Assembly: GCA_040880185.1 (NCBI GenBank)
Contig: JBBDIY010000069.1
Coordinates: 4,556-68,555, forward strand
Direction of reading: 5' to 3'
Source of the DNA: Paenibacillaceae bacterium
Lineage (GTDB): Bacteria > Bacillota > Bacilli > Paenibacillales > UBA4045
DNA length: 64,000 nt
Shown: piece by piece, positions 48,629 through 58,090 of the stretch
How positions within the stretch are numbered: the stretch's first letter is position 1
How the letters are laid out: every line of letters begins with the position of its first letter
Position numbers and translations under genes: made by a program
The notes under the pieces: model-generated
The model's input: the letters and a program-made list of their open reading frames with translations, nothing else
What the model was told of the DNA's origin: nothing
Database searches by the model: none

Positions 48629-49927
48629 ATGGCAAAAACCTTAATTACTAATGGTACATTCGTAACAATGGATGATCAATTACCTGTTATTGTGAACGGT
48701 GCTATGATGATTGACAACGATAGGATTACTTATATTGGTGAGTACAATGATGAGCTTAGACAACAAGCAGAGACGATTATTGATGGGACAGGGAAATGTT
48801 ATTTGCCTGGACTCGTGAATACGCATGGTCATGCTGCCATGTCATTGTTACGTGGTTATGCTGACGATCTGAATTTACAAGTTTGGTTAGAGCAGAAGAT
48901 GTGGCCGATGGAAGGGAAGTTTACCAAAGAGGATGTCCGCGCAGGGACGATGTTATCGATCGCTGAGATGATTCGTAGTGGAACAACAAGCTTCGTAGAT
49001 ATGTACGATAAGATGGATGAGGTTGGTGCTGCCGTAGATCAAACTGGGATGCGCGCCTGTCTAACTAGGGGAATCATTGGATACCCTGTAGAATTGCAAC
49101 AGTCTAAGCTTAAGGAATCAACGGATTTTGCTAGAAGCTGGCATGGTGCCGCAGATGGTCGAATTACGACGATGATGTCACCGCACGCACCGTATACGTG
49201 TCCACCGGACTTTATTACTAAGGTTGTAGAAGCAGCGACAGAACTAAATTTACCGATACATACGCACATGTCCGAAACTCAGAAAGAAGTGGAACTGAAC
49301 GTACAACAATATGGAGTTCGTCCAGTCGAACACTTATTGAAGTTAGGTGTGTTCAGTCGTCCATGCTTGTTAGCACATGCCGTACATCTGACCGAGGAAG
49401 AGATTGCAATACTTGCAAGTCACCATGTTCACGTCTCTCATAACCCGGGTAGTAATCTGAAGCTAGCGAGTGGTGTAGCACGATTAGTTCAACTCCGCCA
49501 GGCGGGTGTTCTTGTGTCATTAGGTACAGATAGCTCAGCAAGTAACAATAACTTGGATATGTTCGAGGAAATTCGCTTGACGGCATTACTTCATAAAGGT
49601 GTAACGGGTGATCCGACAGCTATCCCAGCACTAGATGCCCTTAAGATGGGAACAATCGATGGAGCTCGGTCAATCTGGTTGGATCAGGTTGGAAAGCTTC
49701 GTGCTGGCTATAAAGCTGATTTCATTGCTGTTGATATGAATCAGCCACACTTTATTCCGCGGACAGATATGGTATCACATCTGGTCTATAGTGCTTCCGG
49801 TGCTGATGTAATAGATGTCTGTATTAACGGGCGTTGGGTCATGCGGAAGAAGGAACTACTGACGTTGGATATAGAACGTGTCATGTTCGATGCAGAGAAG
49901 AGCTTTCAGGGATTGCTTCATTCATGA
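48629..49927 (+). CDS. amidohydrolase-superfamily deaminase (MTA/SAH deaminase MtaD-like)
   Basis: PGLVNTHGH (HxH metal site) with later HxxE and D motifs typical of the MtaD/guanine-deaminase clade. Confidence 0.72.
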   Translation: MAKTLITNGTFVTMDDQLPVIVNGAMMIDNDRITYIGEYNDELRQQAETIIDGTGKCYLPGLVNTHGHAAMSLLRGYADDLNLQVWLEQKMWPMEGKFTKEDVRAGTMLSIAEMIRSGTTSFVDMYDKMDEVGAAVDQTGMRACLTRGIIGYPVELQQSKLKESTDFARSWHGAADGRITTMMSPHAPYTCPPDFITKVVEAATELNLPIHTHMSETQKEVELNVQQYGVRPVEHLLKLGVFSRPCLLAHAVHLTEEEIAILASHHVHVSHNPGSNLKLASGVARLVQLRQAGVLVSLGTDSSASNNNLDMFEEIRLTALLHKGVTGDPTAIPALDALKMGTIDGARSIWLDQVGKLRAGYKADFIAVDMNQPHFIPRTDMVSHLVYSASGADVIDVCINGRWVMRKKELLTLDIERVMFDAEKSFQGLLHS

Positions 49928-50409
49928 AGAAGTGGATTTGGAGCATAGTCGCTATCATCACTTGTTTGTTGGTCTTGCTTATGTGGTTCTACTTCACGGC
50001 TAAAGAAGATTTTGATGCTGCAGAACGTAAGGCGATCAAATGGGCTCTTCAATTAACATCGATGACTGAAGTGGATCATGTAGAATTTTTCGCTGGAGCA
50101 ACGAATTATACCGTAGTGTTCGGGAATAATAGTGAAGGCGAGAAATTGTTGGTATGGGTAAATGATGAACAAATCCATGAGGAGAAAGCCTCAGATGGCG
50201 TTGCTAGATCAACCATTCGTAAGCAGGTTATTGATCGACAAGGACCCGTTTCCTTCGTACACATAACACCAGGTAAGCTTGGGGAACTGTGGGTGTGGGA
50301 AGTGTTCTATAAGAAGCAAGAGAGCAATGGCACTCGACATTATTATGATTATTATACATTTACAGATGGTGAATGGCTGGATACGTATACGTTAAGTTTG
50401 GAAGAGTAG
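49924..50409 (+). CDS. YpmB-like membrane-anchored PepSY-type protein
   Basis: One N-terminal TM segment. ATGA overlap with the preceding stop. Syntenic with ypmB downstream of dinG. Confidence 0.55.
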   Translation: MKKWIWSIVAIITCLLVLLMWFYFTAKEDFDAAERKAIKWALQLTSMTEVDHVEFFAGATNYTVVFGNNSEGEKLLVWVNDEQIHEEKASDGVARSTIRKQVIDRQGPVSFVHITPGKLGELWVWEVFYKKQESNGTRHYYDYYTFTDGEWLDTYTLSLEE

Positions 50410-50488
50410 TGGATGTTTACGAGTTTATGATTTGTATGATATCCATCGTAAATCCCATACTTTACATCAACGAATCATATATACCCTG

Positions 50489-50511
50489 TGCTATACTATT
50501 GATATATCAAT
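50489..50511 (+). promoter_or_regulatory. extended -10 (TGCTATACT) immediately followed by a perfect 14-bp palindrome ATTGATATATCAAT
   Basis: TG at 50489-50490 and TATACT at 50492-50497. The palindrome at 50498-50511 covers the expected transcription start. Confidence 0.45.
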
Positions 50512-50539
50512 CATGTGTATAGAGAGGGGAGCTTCGTAT

Positions 50540-51079
50540 ATGATGTTACGTCCAATACCTATTGTTACCACAATTCTTATAAGCTCAGCACTTCTCTTCG
50601 GAGGTTGGTTCCTATATCAGAATACGATGATTAAGAGCCCGATTGAAGAAGTCGTTCAAGGAATTCCTGGTATTGTTCAATCAGATATACAGTTAGATCG
50701 GAATACAGTTAATCTGACTTTACAATTATCAGATGATGCGAAACTGCGTCCTGTTTATGAGGAAATAAGCAAGAAGAGTAAGTCTATTGCTGGTAAACGA
50801 ACAGTTACGATAGATCTGGAAGGTCAATCCTCTGATCAGTTAGATGAATGGTGGTCAGAAGCTTTATTCAGTGTTGCCCAAGCGATGGAAACCCGGCAAT
50901 ATGGAGATATTCCTCGGAGTTTGGAACAGCTTGCAAATAGAACAAAGGGATTAATGGTCAACACCGAGATGGATGCTGACAATGTTTATGTTCACTTGTC
51001 CGAAGGTACCCATCACAAATATATTGTATTGCCGCGAACTCCTGTAGAACTGGGGGTGTGGAATAATGAGTCGTTATAA
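50540..51079 (+). CDS. hypothetical membrane-anchored protein
   Basis: ATG follows GAGGGGAG. One N-terminal TM segment. Overlaps the next gene by 14 nt. Confidence 0.5.
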   Translation: MMLRPIPIVTTILISSALLFGGWFLYQNTMIKSPIEEVVQGIPGIVQSDIQLDRNTVNLTLQLSDDAKLRPVYEEISKKSKSIAGKRTVTIDLEGQSSDQLDEWWSEALFSVAQAMETRQYGDIPRSLEQLANRTKGLMVNTEMDADNVYVHLSEGTHHKYIVLPRTPVELGVWNNESL

Positions 51080-52562
51080 GAAAGAAATTATGATCGGGAT
51101 GATTCCCGTTGCAATTGTATTCCTATTGTTCATTCAAGTGAGTGTTGTCCCCTTGTTATTCGCTGGTGTCGCCTTGTTCGTTATTTTCTATTATATGAGA
51201 ACGCGTAGCAATGGCGCGTTGTCTAATAATCGTAGGAATCATGCAAAGTCACCTACCTATTTGTCTTTCGACGATATTGGTGGGCAAGAACGAGCCAAGA
51301 AGGAATTGACTGAAGGATTAGATTTTCTCATCAAGAGAGATCAAACGGATCATTTCGGAATTCGCCCAATGAAGGGTATATTGCTTACTGGGCCTCCTGG
51401 AACCGGGAAAACATTACTTGCTAAAGCCGCTGCACAATTCACAGGGTCAGTGTTCCTCGCTTCATCTGGTAGTGAGTTTGTGGAGATGTATGTCGGTGTA
51501 GGTGCAAGTCGTGTACGTGACTTATTCAAGGATGCTCGTCAACGAGCGATTAAAGAAGAGAAGGAAAGTGCCATCATCTTCATTGATGAGATCGACGCCA
51601 TAGGCGGTAAACGTGACGGTGGTCAACAGAAAGAATATGATCAAACCTTAAATCAGTTATTAACGGAAATGGACGGTCTCGAGAGTGATGAGACACCGCG
51701 TATCCTTTTAATTGCGGCCACAAACCGGAAGGAAATGCTCGATCCTGCATTATTGCGTCCAGGACGCTTTGATAGGCAAATTGAAGTTGATCTTCCAGAT
51801 AAGAAGGGGCGTCTTCATATTCTGCGTATTCATGCTAAGAATAAGCCTCTAGATGATCTCGTTGACTTAGAGAAGCTTGCAGAGGAAACCTTCGGCTTCT
51901 CGGGTGCACAGCTAGAAGCTGTAATGAATGAAGGTGCGATCTACGCGATGCGAGAAAACCTTGAGCAGATTGGGCAATCACATCTATCGTTAGCCATTGA
52001 TAAGGTGATGATGGGAGAGAAGACGGACCGTGAGAGCACCAAGGAAGAGCGTGACCGTGTTGCCGTCCATGAGCTAGGCCATGCATTAGTTGCCGAGATC
52101 GTCAGGCCAGGATCTGTCTCACAAGTTTCACTCAGCCCACGAGGTCAAGCACTAGGTTATGTGCGTCATAACCCACAGAAGGAGCAATACTTGTATACGA
52201 AGTCATACTTGGAGCATCAGATCATGATCGCGCTTGGCGGATCTGCAGCAGAGGAACTCATCTATGGGGATCGCAGCACAGGGTCGAAGAACGATTTCGA
52301 ACAGGCTTTAAGTATCGTCTCTATGATGATGGATGCAGGTTTAACTCGGCTAGGTATTATTGATCGGCGCATGGTAACAACGGAACAATTGATGAATGAG
52401 AATGGGTTAATTCTAGATGAATTAACGGAGCGAACAAGGGAATTATTAAGAAGAGAGCAGGATGTTTTTCAGCGTTCGTTAGATATTATACAACAAGAAG
52501 AAGTGCTTTCTGGAGATCGGTTCAGAACATTATTGCAGCAAGAACAACGGTCAACCGCATAG
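51066..52562 (+). CDS. short FtsH-like AAA+ zinc metalloprotease paralog
   Basis: Walker A GPPGTGKT, Walker B IIFIDEID, SRH region ATNRKEMLDPALLRPGRFDR and zinc site HELGHA. Only 498 aa, with two adjacent TM segments and no extracytoplasmic domain. Confidence 0.8.
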   Translation: MSRYKKEIMIGMIPVAIVFLLFIQVSVVPLLFAGVALFVIFYYMRTRSNGALSNNRRNHAKSPTYLSFDDIGGQERAKKELTEGLDFLIKRDQTDHFGIRPMKGILLTGPPGTGKTLLAKAAAQFTGSVFLASSGSEFVEMYVGVGASRVRDLFKDARQRAIKEEKESAIIFIDEIDAIGGKRDGGQQKEYDQTLNQLLTEMDGLESDETPRILLIAATNRKEMLDPALLRPGRFDRQIEVDLPDKKGRLHILRIHAKNKPLDDLVDLEKLAEETFGFSGAQLEAVMNEGAIYAMRENLEQIGQSHLSLAIDKVMMGEKTDRESTKEERDRVAVHELGHALVAEIVRPGSVSQVSLSPRGQALGYVRHNPQKEQYLYTKSYLEHQIMIALGGSAAEELIYGDRSTGSKNDFEQALSIVSMMMDAGLTRLGIIDRRMVTTEQLMNENGLILDELTERTRELLRREQDVFQRSLDIIQQEEVLSGDRFRTLLQQEQRSTA

Positions 52563-52580
52563 CGTATCTATATAAAGGGA

Positions 52581-52611
52581 AAGCCGATTAGAATTTAAAG
52601 CTAATCGGCTT
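52581..52611 (+). terminator. probable terminator hairpin
   Basis: AAGCCGATTAG (52581-52591) pairs with CTAATCGGCTT (52601-52611). The tail TAATATTT is only moderately T-rich. Confidence 0.5.
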
Positions 52612-53000
52612 TAATATTTCATAAGAAATAATGGATTTATAAGAGTGATGGAGAGATATAGTACATATGTACAACTATTTACTATCAAAGTATGGTGTTT
52701 GGGCGAAATAATAACTTAGTGCAACTAAATGTTCAATATTCCATGGAATTCCCATTTTGCTAAAAGAATTAATTGTATATTTGCAATAATAGTCAGATAA
52801 AAGGGAACTCGCGAAGGAATAGTTGCACATACGCAATTAATATATTGAAAGTGAGATGTCCATTAGTAAATCTGATTGCCCAACAGTTGAGATCTAAACG
52901 ACTTGACTACCCGACTAGTAAGTGAATTAAATCACAGTATGTTGTATGATAGTCGTGTAGATTTAAGTTGAGATAGGATTATGTCGTAGAGGATGTGCAT

Positions 53001-53879
53001 ATGATGAAAATCAATAAAATCGGCGTCCTTGGTGCTGGCACTATGGGGCAAGGGATTGCTGAGATGCTTGCCATTAAAGGCATAGAAGTGTTCCTTGTAG
53101 AGAAGACACCAGAGAAATTAGAAGAAGCCTGGAATATGATCGTGATCAGCTTAGATAAGCAGATTGAGAAATGGGCGATTACTGTCACTGAGAAGAAACT
53201 CATCTTGTCTAAGATACATAAACTGTGCGAATTCTCTAAACTCAGTGAGTGCGATATGGTTATTGAGACAATAAGCGAGGATCTAGACGCAAAGATGGAG
53301 GTGTTCTTAGAGTTAGATGCAATTTGCTCACCGCATATCATCTTAGCAAGCAATACTTCCACACTTAGTTTAACGGAGCTGGCTAATTCCACAGAGCATC
53401 CTGAGCGCGTGATCGGACTACATTTTCTATATCCTGTTTCGAAAATTCATCTTGTGGAAATCATTCGGGGTTTAAAAACCTCTGAAACTACGTTACAACA
53501 AGCTAAATCCTTTGTAGAAGATATCATTCAGAAGAAGGGTATACTGGTTAATGAGTCACCTGGCTTCGTCACAACCCGTCTCATCTGTATTCTCATTAAT
53601 GAAGCGATGCATGTCCTCAATGAGGGAGTAGCTTCCGCAGAAGATGTGGATTCAGCTATGCGTATTGGTTATGATTTTCACTATGGACCATTAGAGATGG
53701 CCGATCGATTCGGTCTTGATTCGGTAATGGCTGCAATGGATCGAATGTTCCGTGAATTCGGAGAATTGAAGTATAGGCCCTCATTCCTGATGAAGAAGAT
53801 GGTACGTGCAGGTAATCTGGGTATGAAGACAGGAGAAGGATTCTTCCGCTATGATAAGGAAGGTGACCGGATTTTATGA
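53001..53879 (+). CDS. 3-hydroxyacyl/3-hydroxybutyryl-CoA dehydrogenase
   Basis: VLGAGTMGQGIA Rossmann motif and an HFxxP-type motif (GLHFLYPV). Confidence 0.85.
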   Translation: MMKINKIGVLGAGTMGQGIAEMLAIKGIEVFLVEKTPEKLEEAWNMIVISLDKQIEKWAITVTEKKLILSKIHKLCEFSKLSECDMVIETISEDLDAKMEVFLELDAICSPHIILASNTSTLSLTELANSTEHPERVIGLHFLYPVSKIHLVEIIRGLKTSETTLQQAKSFVEDIIQKKGILVNESPGFVTTRLICILINEAMHVLNEGVASAEDVDSAMRIGYDFHYGPLEMADRFGLDSVMAAMDRMFREFGELKYRPSFLMKKMVRAGNLGMKTGEGFFRYDKEGDRIL

Positions 53880-55090
53880 AGATCTTAGTTATTAATGCGG
53901 GTAGCTCATCATTGAAATATCAGCTTTATAATTTGTTAGACGAAAATGTGCTAGCCAGAGGGAAAGTGGAACGGATTGGGATGGAGTCTGCCATGTTAAG
54001 CCATGAGACTGCGAATAAGCCTGAGTTTACATTAGTTACCGAGATTCTTGACCACACATCAGCTATACGCCGTGTTGCAACTGCATTGACACACCCAGAA
54101 CATGGAGCTTTGCAGTCCATTGAAGAGATTGAGGCTGTTGGACATCGAGTTGTTCATGGAGGGGAAACCTTCTCTTCCTCCGTATTAGTTACTCCAGAGG
54201 TTCGTAAAGAAATCCGTCGGTTATTCGATCTTGCTCCTCTTCATAATCCCGCTCATATGATGGGCATTGATGCCGTTGAAGCTGCATTACCGCATGTACC
54301 TCAAGCTGTTGTCTTTGATACAGCATTCCACCAAACGATGCCACCTGAATCATACTTATATCCAATACCCATGATCCTATACAATAAACATAAGGTTCGC
54401 CGTTATGGCTTTCATGGTACTTCACATGCTTATGTCAGTGAGCGTGCTGCTGCTTTCTTGGGGCGCCCCCTCGAGCAATTGAAAATCATCTCCTGTCACA
54501 TTGGCAATGGAGCAAGCTGTACGGCTATACTGAATGGCAAATCCTTCGATACCAGCATGGGGATGACACCGCTTGAAGGATTAATGATGGGAACAAGGAG
54601 CGGGGATTTGGATCCAGCTATCGTACCGTATGTGATGACCAAAGAGGAATTAACGATTAATGAAGTGAACTCAATGTTGAACAAGCATAGCGGTTTGATT
54701 GCGATTTCTGGTATTAGCAGTGATGTTCGCGAGATTGAGCAAGCGATGAATGCAGGTGACCATAATGCTAAACTTGCTTATGACATGTACGAATATCGTT
54801 TACGCAAATATATTGGATCCTATTCGGCGGCAATGAATGGATTGGATGTGCTCATATTTACAGCTGGTGTTGGTGAGAATTCAGCAACTTTGAGGGAGAA
54901 AGTATGCACACAGCTGAGCTTCATGGGTGTTGAACTTGACGTACAAGCGAATAAGAGCCGTGAACATGGCGAACGGAGAATATCAACCGCGAGTTCACGG
55001 ATTGAGGTATTAGTCATTCCCACGAATGAAGAGCTGGTCATCGCTAGAGATACGTATAAGTTGATTGCAAATGATAAGGTGAACAGTTAA
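53876..55090 (+). CDS. ackA: acetate kinase
   Basis: MKILVINAGSSSLKYQLY N-terminus and the HGFHGTSH-type motif (YGFHGTSH). ATGA overlap with the preceding gene. Confidence 0.93.
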   Translation: MKILVINAGSSSLKYQLYNLLDENVLARGKVERIGMESAMLSHETANKPEFTLVTEILDHTSAIRRVATALTHPEHGALQSIEEIEAVGHRVVHGGETFSSSVLVTPEVRKEIRRLFDLAPLHNPAHMMGIDAVEAALPHVPQAVVFDTAFHQTMPPESYLYPIPMILYNKHKVRRYGFHGTSHAYVSERAAAFLGRPLEQLKIISCHIGNGASCTAILNGKSFDTSMGMTPLEGLMMGTRSGDLDPAIVPYVMTKEELTINEVNSMLNKHSGLIAISGISSDVREIEQAMNAGDHNAKLAYDMYEYRLRKYIGSYSAAMNGLDVLIFTAGVGENSATLREKVCTQLSFMGVELDVQANKSREHGERRISTASSRIEVLVIPTNEELVIARDTYKLIANDKVNS

Positions 55091-55102
55091 AATGGGGTCT
55101 AC

Positions 55103-55127
55103 AAAGTATGTTGTTGAACATACTTTT
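55103..55127 (+). terminator. possible terminator (AT-rich stem)
   Basis: AAAGTATGT (55103-55111) pairs with ACATACTTT (55118-55126), followed by T. Confidence 0.45.
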
Positions 55128-55156
55128 ATCGATGTAAGGAGTGGAGAAATCAGTAT

Positions 55157-56455
55157 ATGCAAATGAAATGTGTAATTAAAGATGTAGGCAAGCATGTTGG
55201 GCAATCGGTTATTATCGGTTGTTGGCTACATAATATACGTTCTAGCGGCAAGATCCAATTTCTTCAACTCAGAGATGGAACTGGATTTATTCAAGCTGTA
55301 GCTGTTAAGAGTGAATTGCCAGAAGAAATATGGGATCTAGCGAAGAGCTTAACCCATGAGAGCTCATTATACATGACAGGTACCGTCAGAGAAGAACCAC
55401 GAAGTGCGAGTGGTTATGAGCTAACGGTCACTCATATCGATATTATCCAATTAACAACAGAGCAATATCCGATCACACCTAAGGAGCATGGTGTTGATTT
55501 CTTAATGGACCATCGCCATCTCTGGATACGTTCACCACGTCAACGTGCAGTTCTTATCATAAGGGATCAGATTATTAGAGCGATTCGTCAATTTTTCCAT
55601 GAGCATGGCTTTGTATGTGTGGATCCACCGATTCTTACGCCATCGTCCTGCGAAGGAACAACGAATTTGTTCCATACGAAGTATTTTGATGAAGATGCTT
55701 ACTTAAGTCAGAGTGGTCAGCTGTACATGGAGGCCGCAGCAATGGCTCTGGGGAGAGTGTATTCCTTCGGTCCAACGTTCCGTGCTGAGAAGTCGAAGAC
55801 TCGTCGACATCTGATTGAATTCTGGATGATTGAACCTGAGATGGCCTTTGTAGAGCACGAAGAGAGCTTGCAGATCCAAGAAAGCTTTGTGGCCCATATT
55901 GTGGGTTCAGTATTAGAGCATTGTTCGCTCGAGCTTAAGACATTGGAACGCGATATGACCAAGTTAGAAAGCATTAAGGGTCCATTCCCTCGTATTCATT
56001 ATGACCAAGCGATAACCTACTTACAGGAACATGGCCATGAGATTAAGTGGGGAGATGATTTCGGAGCTCCGCATGAGACAGCTATAGCCGAGGGCCATGC
56101 TACTCCTGTATTCATTACGAATTATCCAACAGAGCTTAAGGCATTCTATATGAAGCCTGATCCGAATCGACCGGATGTTGTATTATGTGCAGATATGATC
56201 GCTCCAGAAGGGTATGGCGAGATTATTGGAGGAAGTCAACGGATTGATGATCCCGTATTAATGGAGCAACGGTTCACCGAGCATGAGCTTTCACAGGATG
56301 CGTATAGATGGTACTTAGATTTGCGAAAATATGGTTCAATTCCTCATTCTGGTTTTGGACTAGGCTTAGAAAGAACTGTGGCATGGATATGTGGTTTAGA
56401 CCATGTTCGCGAAACGATACCATTCCCACGATTATTAAATCGATTGTATCCATAA
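55157..56455 (+). CDS. asnS: asparagine--tRNA ligase
   Basis: [20 protein letters not shown]-fold region and class II motifs ([29 protein letters not shown]). The start could be 55163. Confidence 0.95.
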   Translation: MQMKCVIKDVGKHVGQSVIIGCWLHNIRSSGKIQFLQLRDGTGFIQAVAVKSELPEEIWDLAKSLTHESSLYMTGTVREEPRSASGYELTVTHIDIIQLTTEQYPITPKEHGVDFLMDHRHLWIRSPRQRAVLIIRDQIIRAIRQFFHEHGFVCVDPPILTPSSCEGTTNLFHTKYFDEDAYLSQSGQLYMEAAAMALGRVYSFGPTFRAEKSKTRRHLIEFWMIEPEMAFVEHEESLQIQESFVAHIVGSVLEHCSLELKTLERDMTKLESIKGPFPRIHYDQAITYLQEHGHEIKWGDDFGAPHETAIAEGHATPVFITNYPTELKAFYMKPDPNRPDVVLCADMIAPEGYGEIIGGSQRIDDPVLMEQRFTEHELSQDAYRWYLDLRKYGSIPHSGFGLGLERTVAWICGLDHVRETIPFPRLLNRLYP

Positions 56456-56472
56456 GGAAGGGAGCATGAATA

Positions 56473-57192
56473 ATGCCCATTGGGAAAGGTATTTTGCTGG
56501 CATTAAGAAAGGGATCGGTTAGCATTCCAAATTTGCTTGTGCAGAACTATTCGAAGCTTGGATTAGCAGAAATTGATATGATGTTGATCATTCATTTGCT
56601 AGCCTTTAGAGAAAAGGAGAACAATGACTTTCCGACGATTGAAGAAATCCAGAATCGGATGACAGCTTCTCCGGAACGGGTCATTCAGTCGATTCAGAAG
56701 CTGATGAATGATGGATGGATTACAATCGATGAGGACATTGATCCCGAGTCAGGCATTCAATATGAGCATTACAATATATCAGGAGTATATGAGAAATTAG
56801 CGGAGGCTTGTGCCGAAACGTATCGCGAACGTCAGCAGCTTCTTATGGGTAGGCGTGAAACAGAGTCTGCGTTAGCTGAGGCAGCTGTTGCACATGCTGA
56901 ATTTCTAGCGGGTGGAGAAGGGGATACTTCGGAAGCGAACATGTTCGTGAAATTCGAGACGGAATTCGGACGACCGCTTTCCCCGATGGAATGCGAAACG
57001 ATATCCGGCTGGTTGGATCAGGATAAGTATGCGGAGCCATTAATTCTAGCTGCATTGAAGGAAGCGGTATTCGCCGGGAAAGTTCACTTCCGCTATATCG
57101 ACCGCATCTTACTCGAATGGAACCGTAATCTGGTCCGCACACCCGAGCAAGCGAAGGAATATGCTGCGAGATTCCGTAGCGGTGGGCAATAA
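56473..57192 (+). CDS. dnaD: DnaD-domain replication initiation / membrane attachment protein
   Basis: N-terminal wHTH-like domain and C-terminal DnaD repeat (FExEFGRPLSPMECETISGW). Syntenic with asnS-dnaD. Confidence 0.8.
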   Translation: MPIGKGILLALRKGSVSIPNLLVQNYSKLGLAEIDMMLIIHLLAFREKENNDFPTIEEIQNRMTASPERVIQSIQKLMNDGWITIDEDIDPESGIQYEHYNISGVYEKLAEACAETYRERQQLLMGRRETESALAEAAVAHAEFLAGGEGDTSEANMFVKFETEFGRPLSPMECETISGWLDQDKYAEPLILAALKEAVFAGKVHFRYIDRILLEWNRNLVRTPEQAKEYAARFRSGGQ

Positions 57193-57225
57193 CAGGACAT
57201 GCTATAGATCGAAGTAACTTACAAA

Positions 57226-57294
57226 GGACTTTAAGGACTCTATTCAGCAAAATTGACTCTCGAGAGTGGCTGTAGAGGACTTTAGGGACTTTAA
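57226..57294 (+). repeat. two copies of the bipartite unit GGACTTTANGGACT(C/T)T, 51 nt apart, flanking a 12-bp palindrome
   Basis: GGACTTTAAGGACTCTAT at 57226-57243 and GGACTTTAGGGACTTTAA at 57277-57294. The palindrome ACTCTCGAGAGT lies at 57256-57267. Confidence 0.8.
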
Positions 57295-57320
57295 ATCTCG
57301 GAATTTACTCCAGGTGAGAG

Positions 57321-57959
57321 TTACAATCGCAGCATGTGAAGCTTAACTGCATATTCGAACAAATATTCGAAAGCTTCCAGATAACGCTTGGCCTCGAAGG
57401 CATTCGCTCCCCACGCATATATACCATGCTTGCGAAGAAGGATGCCGGGAATACGAGGGATGATGCGGGATTCGATCAACGAAGCGATCTTCGGGATATC
57501 AGCGTAATTCGGCAGGATGGGAATTTCGATCTGCGCATCCTCTTCCCAGATGTTGAAGGCTTTGATCAGTTCCACACCATCAATGGGTACATTGCCACGC
57601 TCCCAGAATAGTTCGGAAGCTAGATTGTTCTGAACCGTATGCACATGGAATATAGCCCCGCAGCCCGTCAGCCGATAAATTTCGCGGTGAATGATGGTTT
57701 CTGCAGAGGGCTTTAATTTTGTCGATTCACTCGGAATCATATGTTCGTCAACGAGCAGGAAATCCTCTGGTGTATTCATTGATTTATCCCTGCCACTTGA
57801 GGTAATGGCGAAGGTGAATTTCTCCCCACGCATCTCACCAACCCGCATCGAGAGGTTACCACTTGTTGCTGGAAACCAACCTCGTGCAGCGAGATTCGTC
57901 TTGATCGCGGTTAGCTCGCTGATCACGGTTTGCTTTTCTTCCAAGGTGTATGGGGTCAT
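57321..57959 (-). CDS. mtnB: methylthioribulose-1-phosphate dehydratase (class II aldolase/adducin fold)
   Basis: GNLSMR and FHVHT metal-binding motifs. Clustered with mtnX and mtnW. Confidence 0.8.
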   Translation of the reverse strand: MTPYTLEEKQTVISELTAIKTNLAARGWFPATSGNLSMRVGEMRGEKFTFAITSSGRDKSMNTPEDFLLVDEHMIPSESTKLKPSAETIIHREIYRLTGCGAIFHVHTVQNNLASELFWERGNVPIDGVELIKAFNIWEEDAQIEIPILPNYADIPKIASLIESRIIPRIPGILLRKHGIYAWGANAFEAKRYLEAFEYLFEYAVKLHMLRL

Positions 57960-58090
57960 TGTATATCCTCCTATTCGTAAATCAGATGTTGGTGACTAAC
58001 AGGAATATTGATTTGCAGCCTATCCCTGAATAAACACCTACGCTTAGCGAGGTTGTTTACTTCAGACCACCATTGTGGGGATGCCCAGAG

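Noticed and set aside
55136-55150. An 11-nt perfect complementarity between the candidate sRNA (26806-26816) and the asnS ribosome-binding site was considered as evidence of a target.
   Set aside because: By my rough estimate, one or two 11-mer matches between a 75-nt query and a 64-kb window on both strands are expected by chance, and SD-like purine runs are over-represented. It is kept only as a testable aside.
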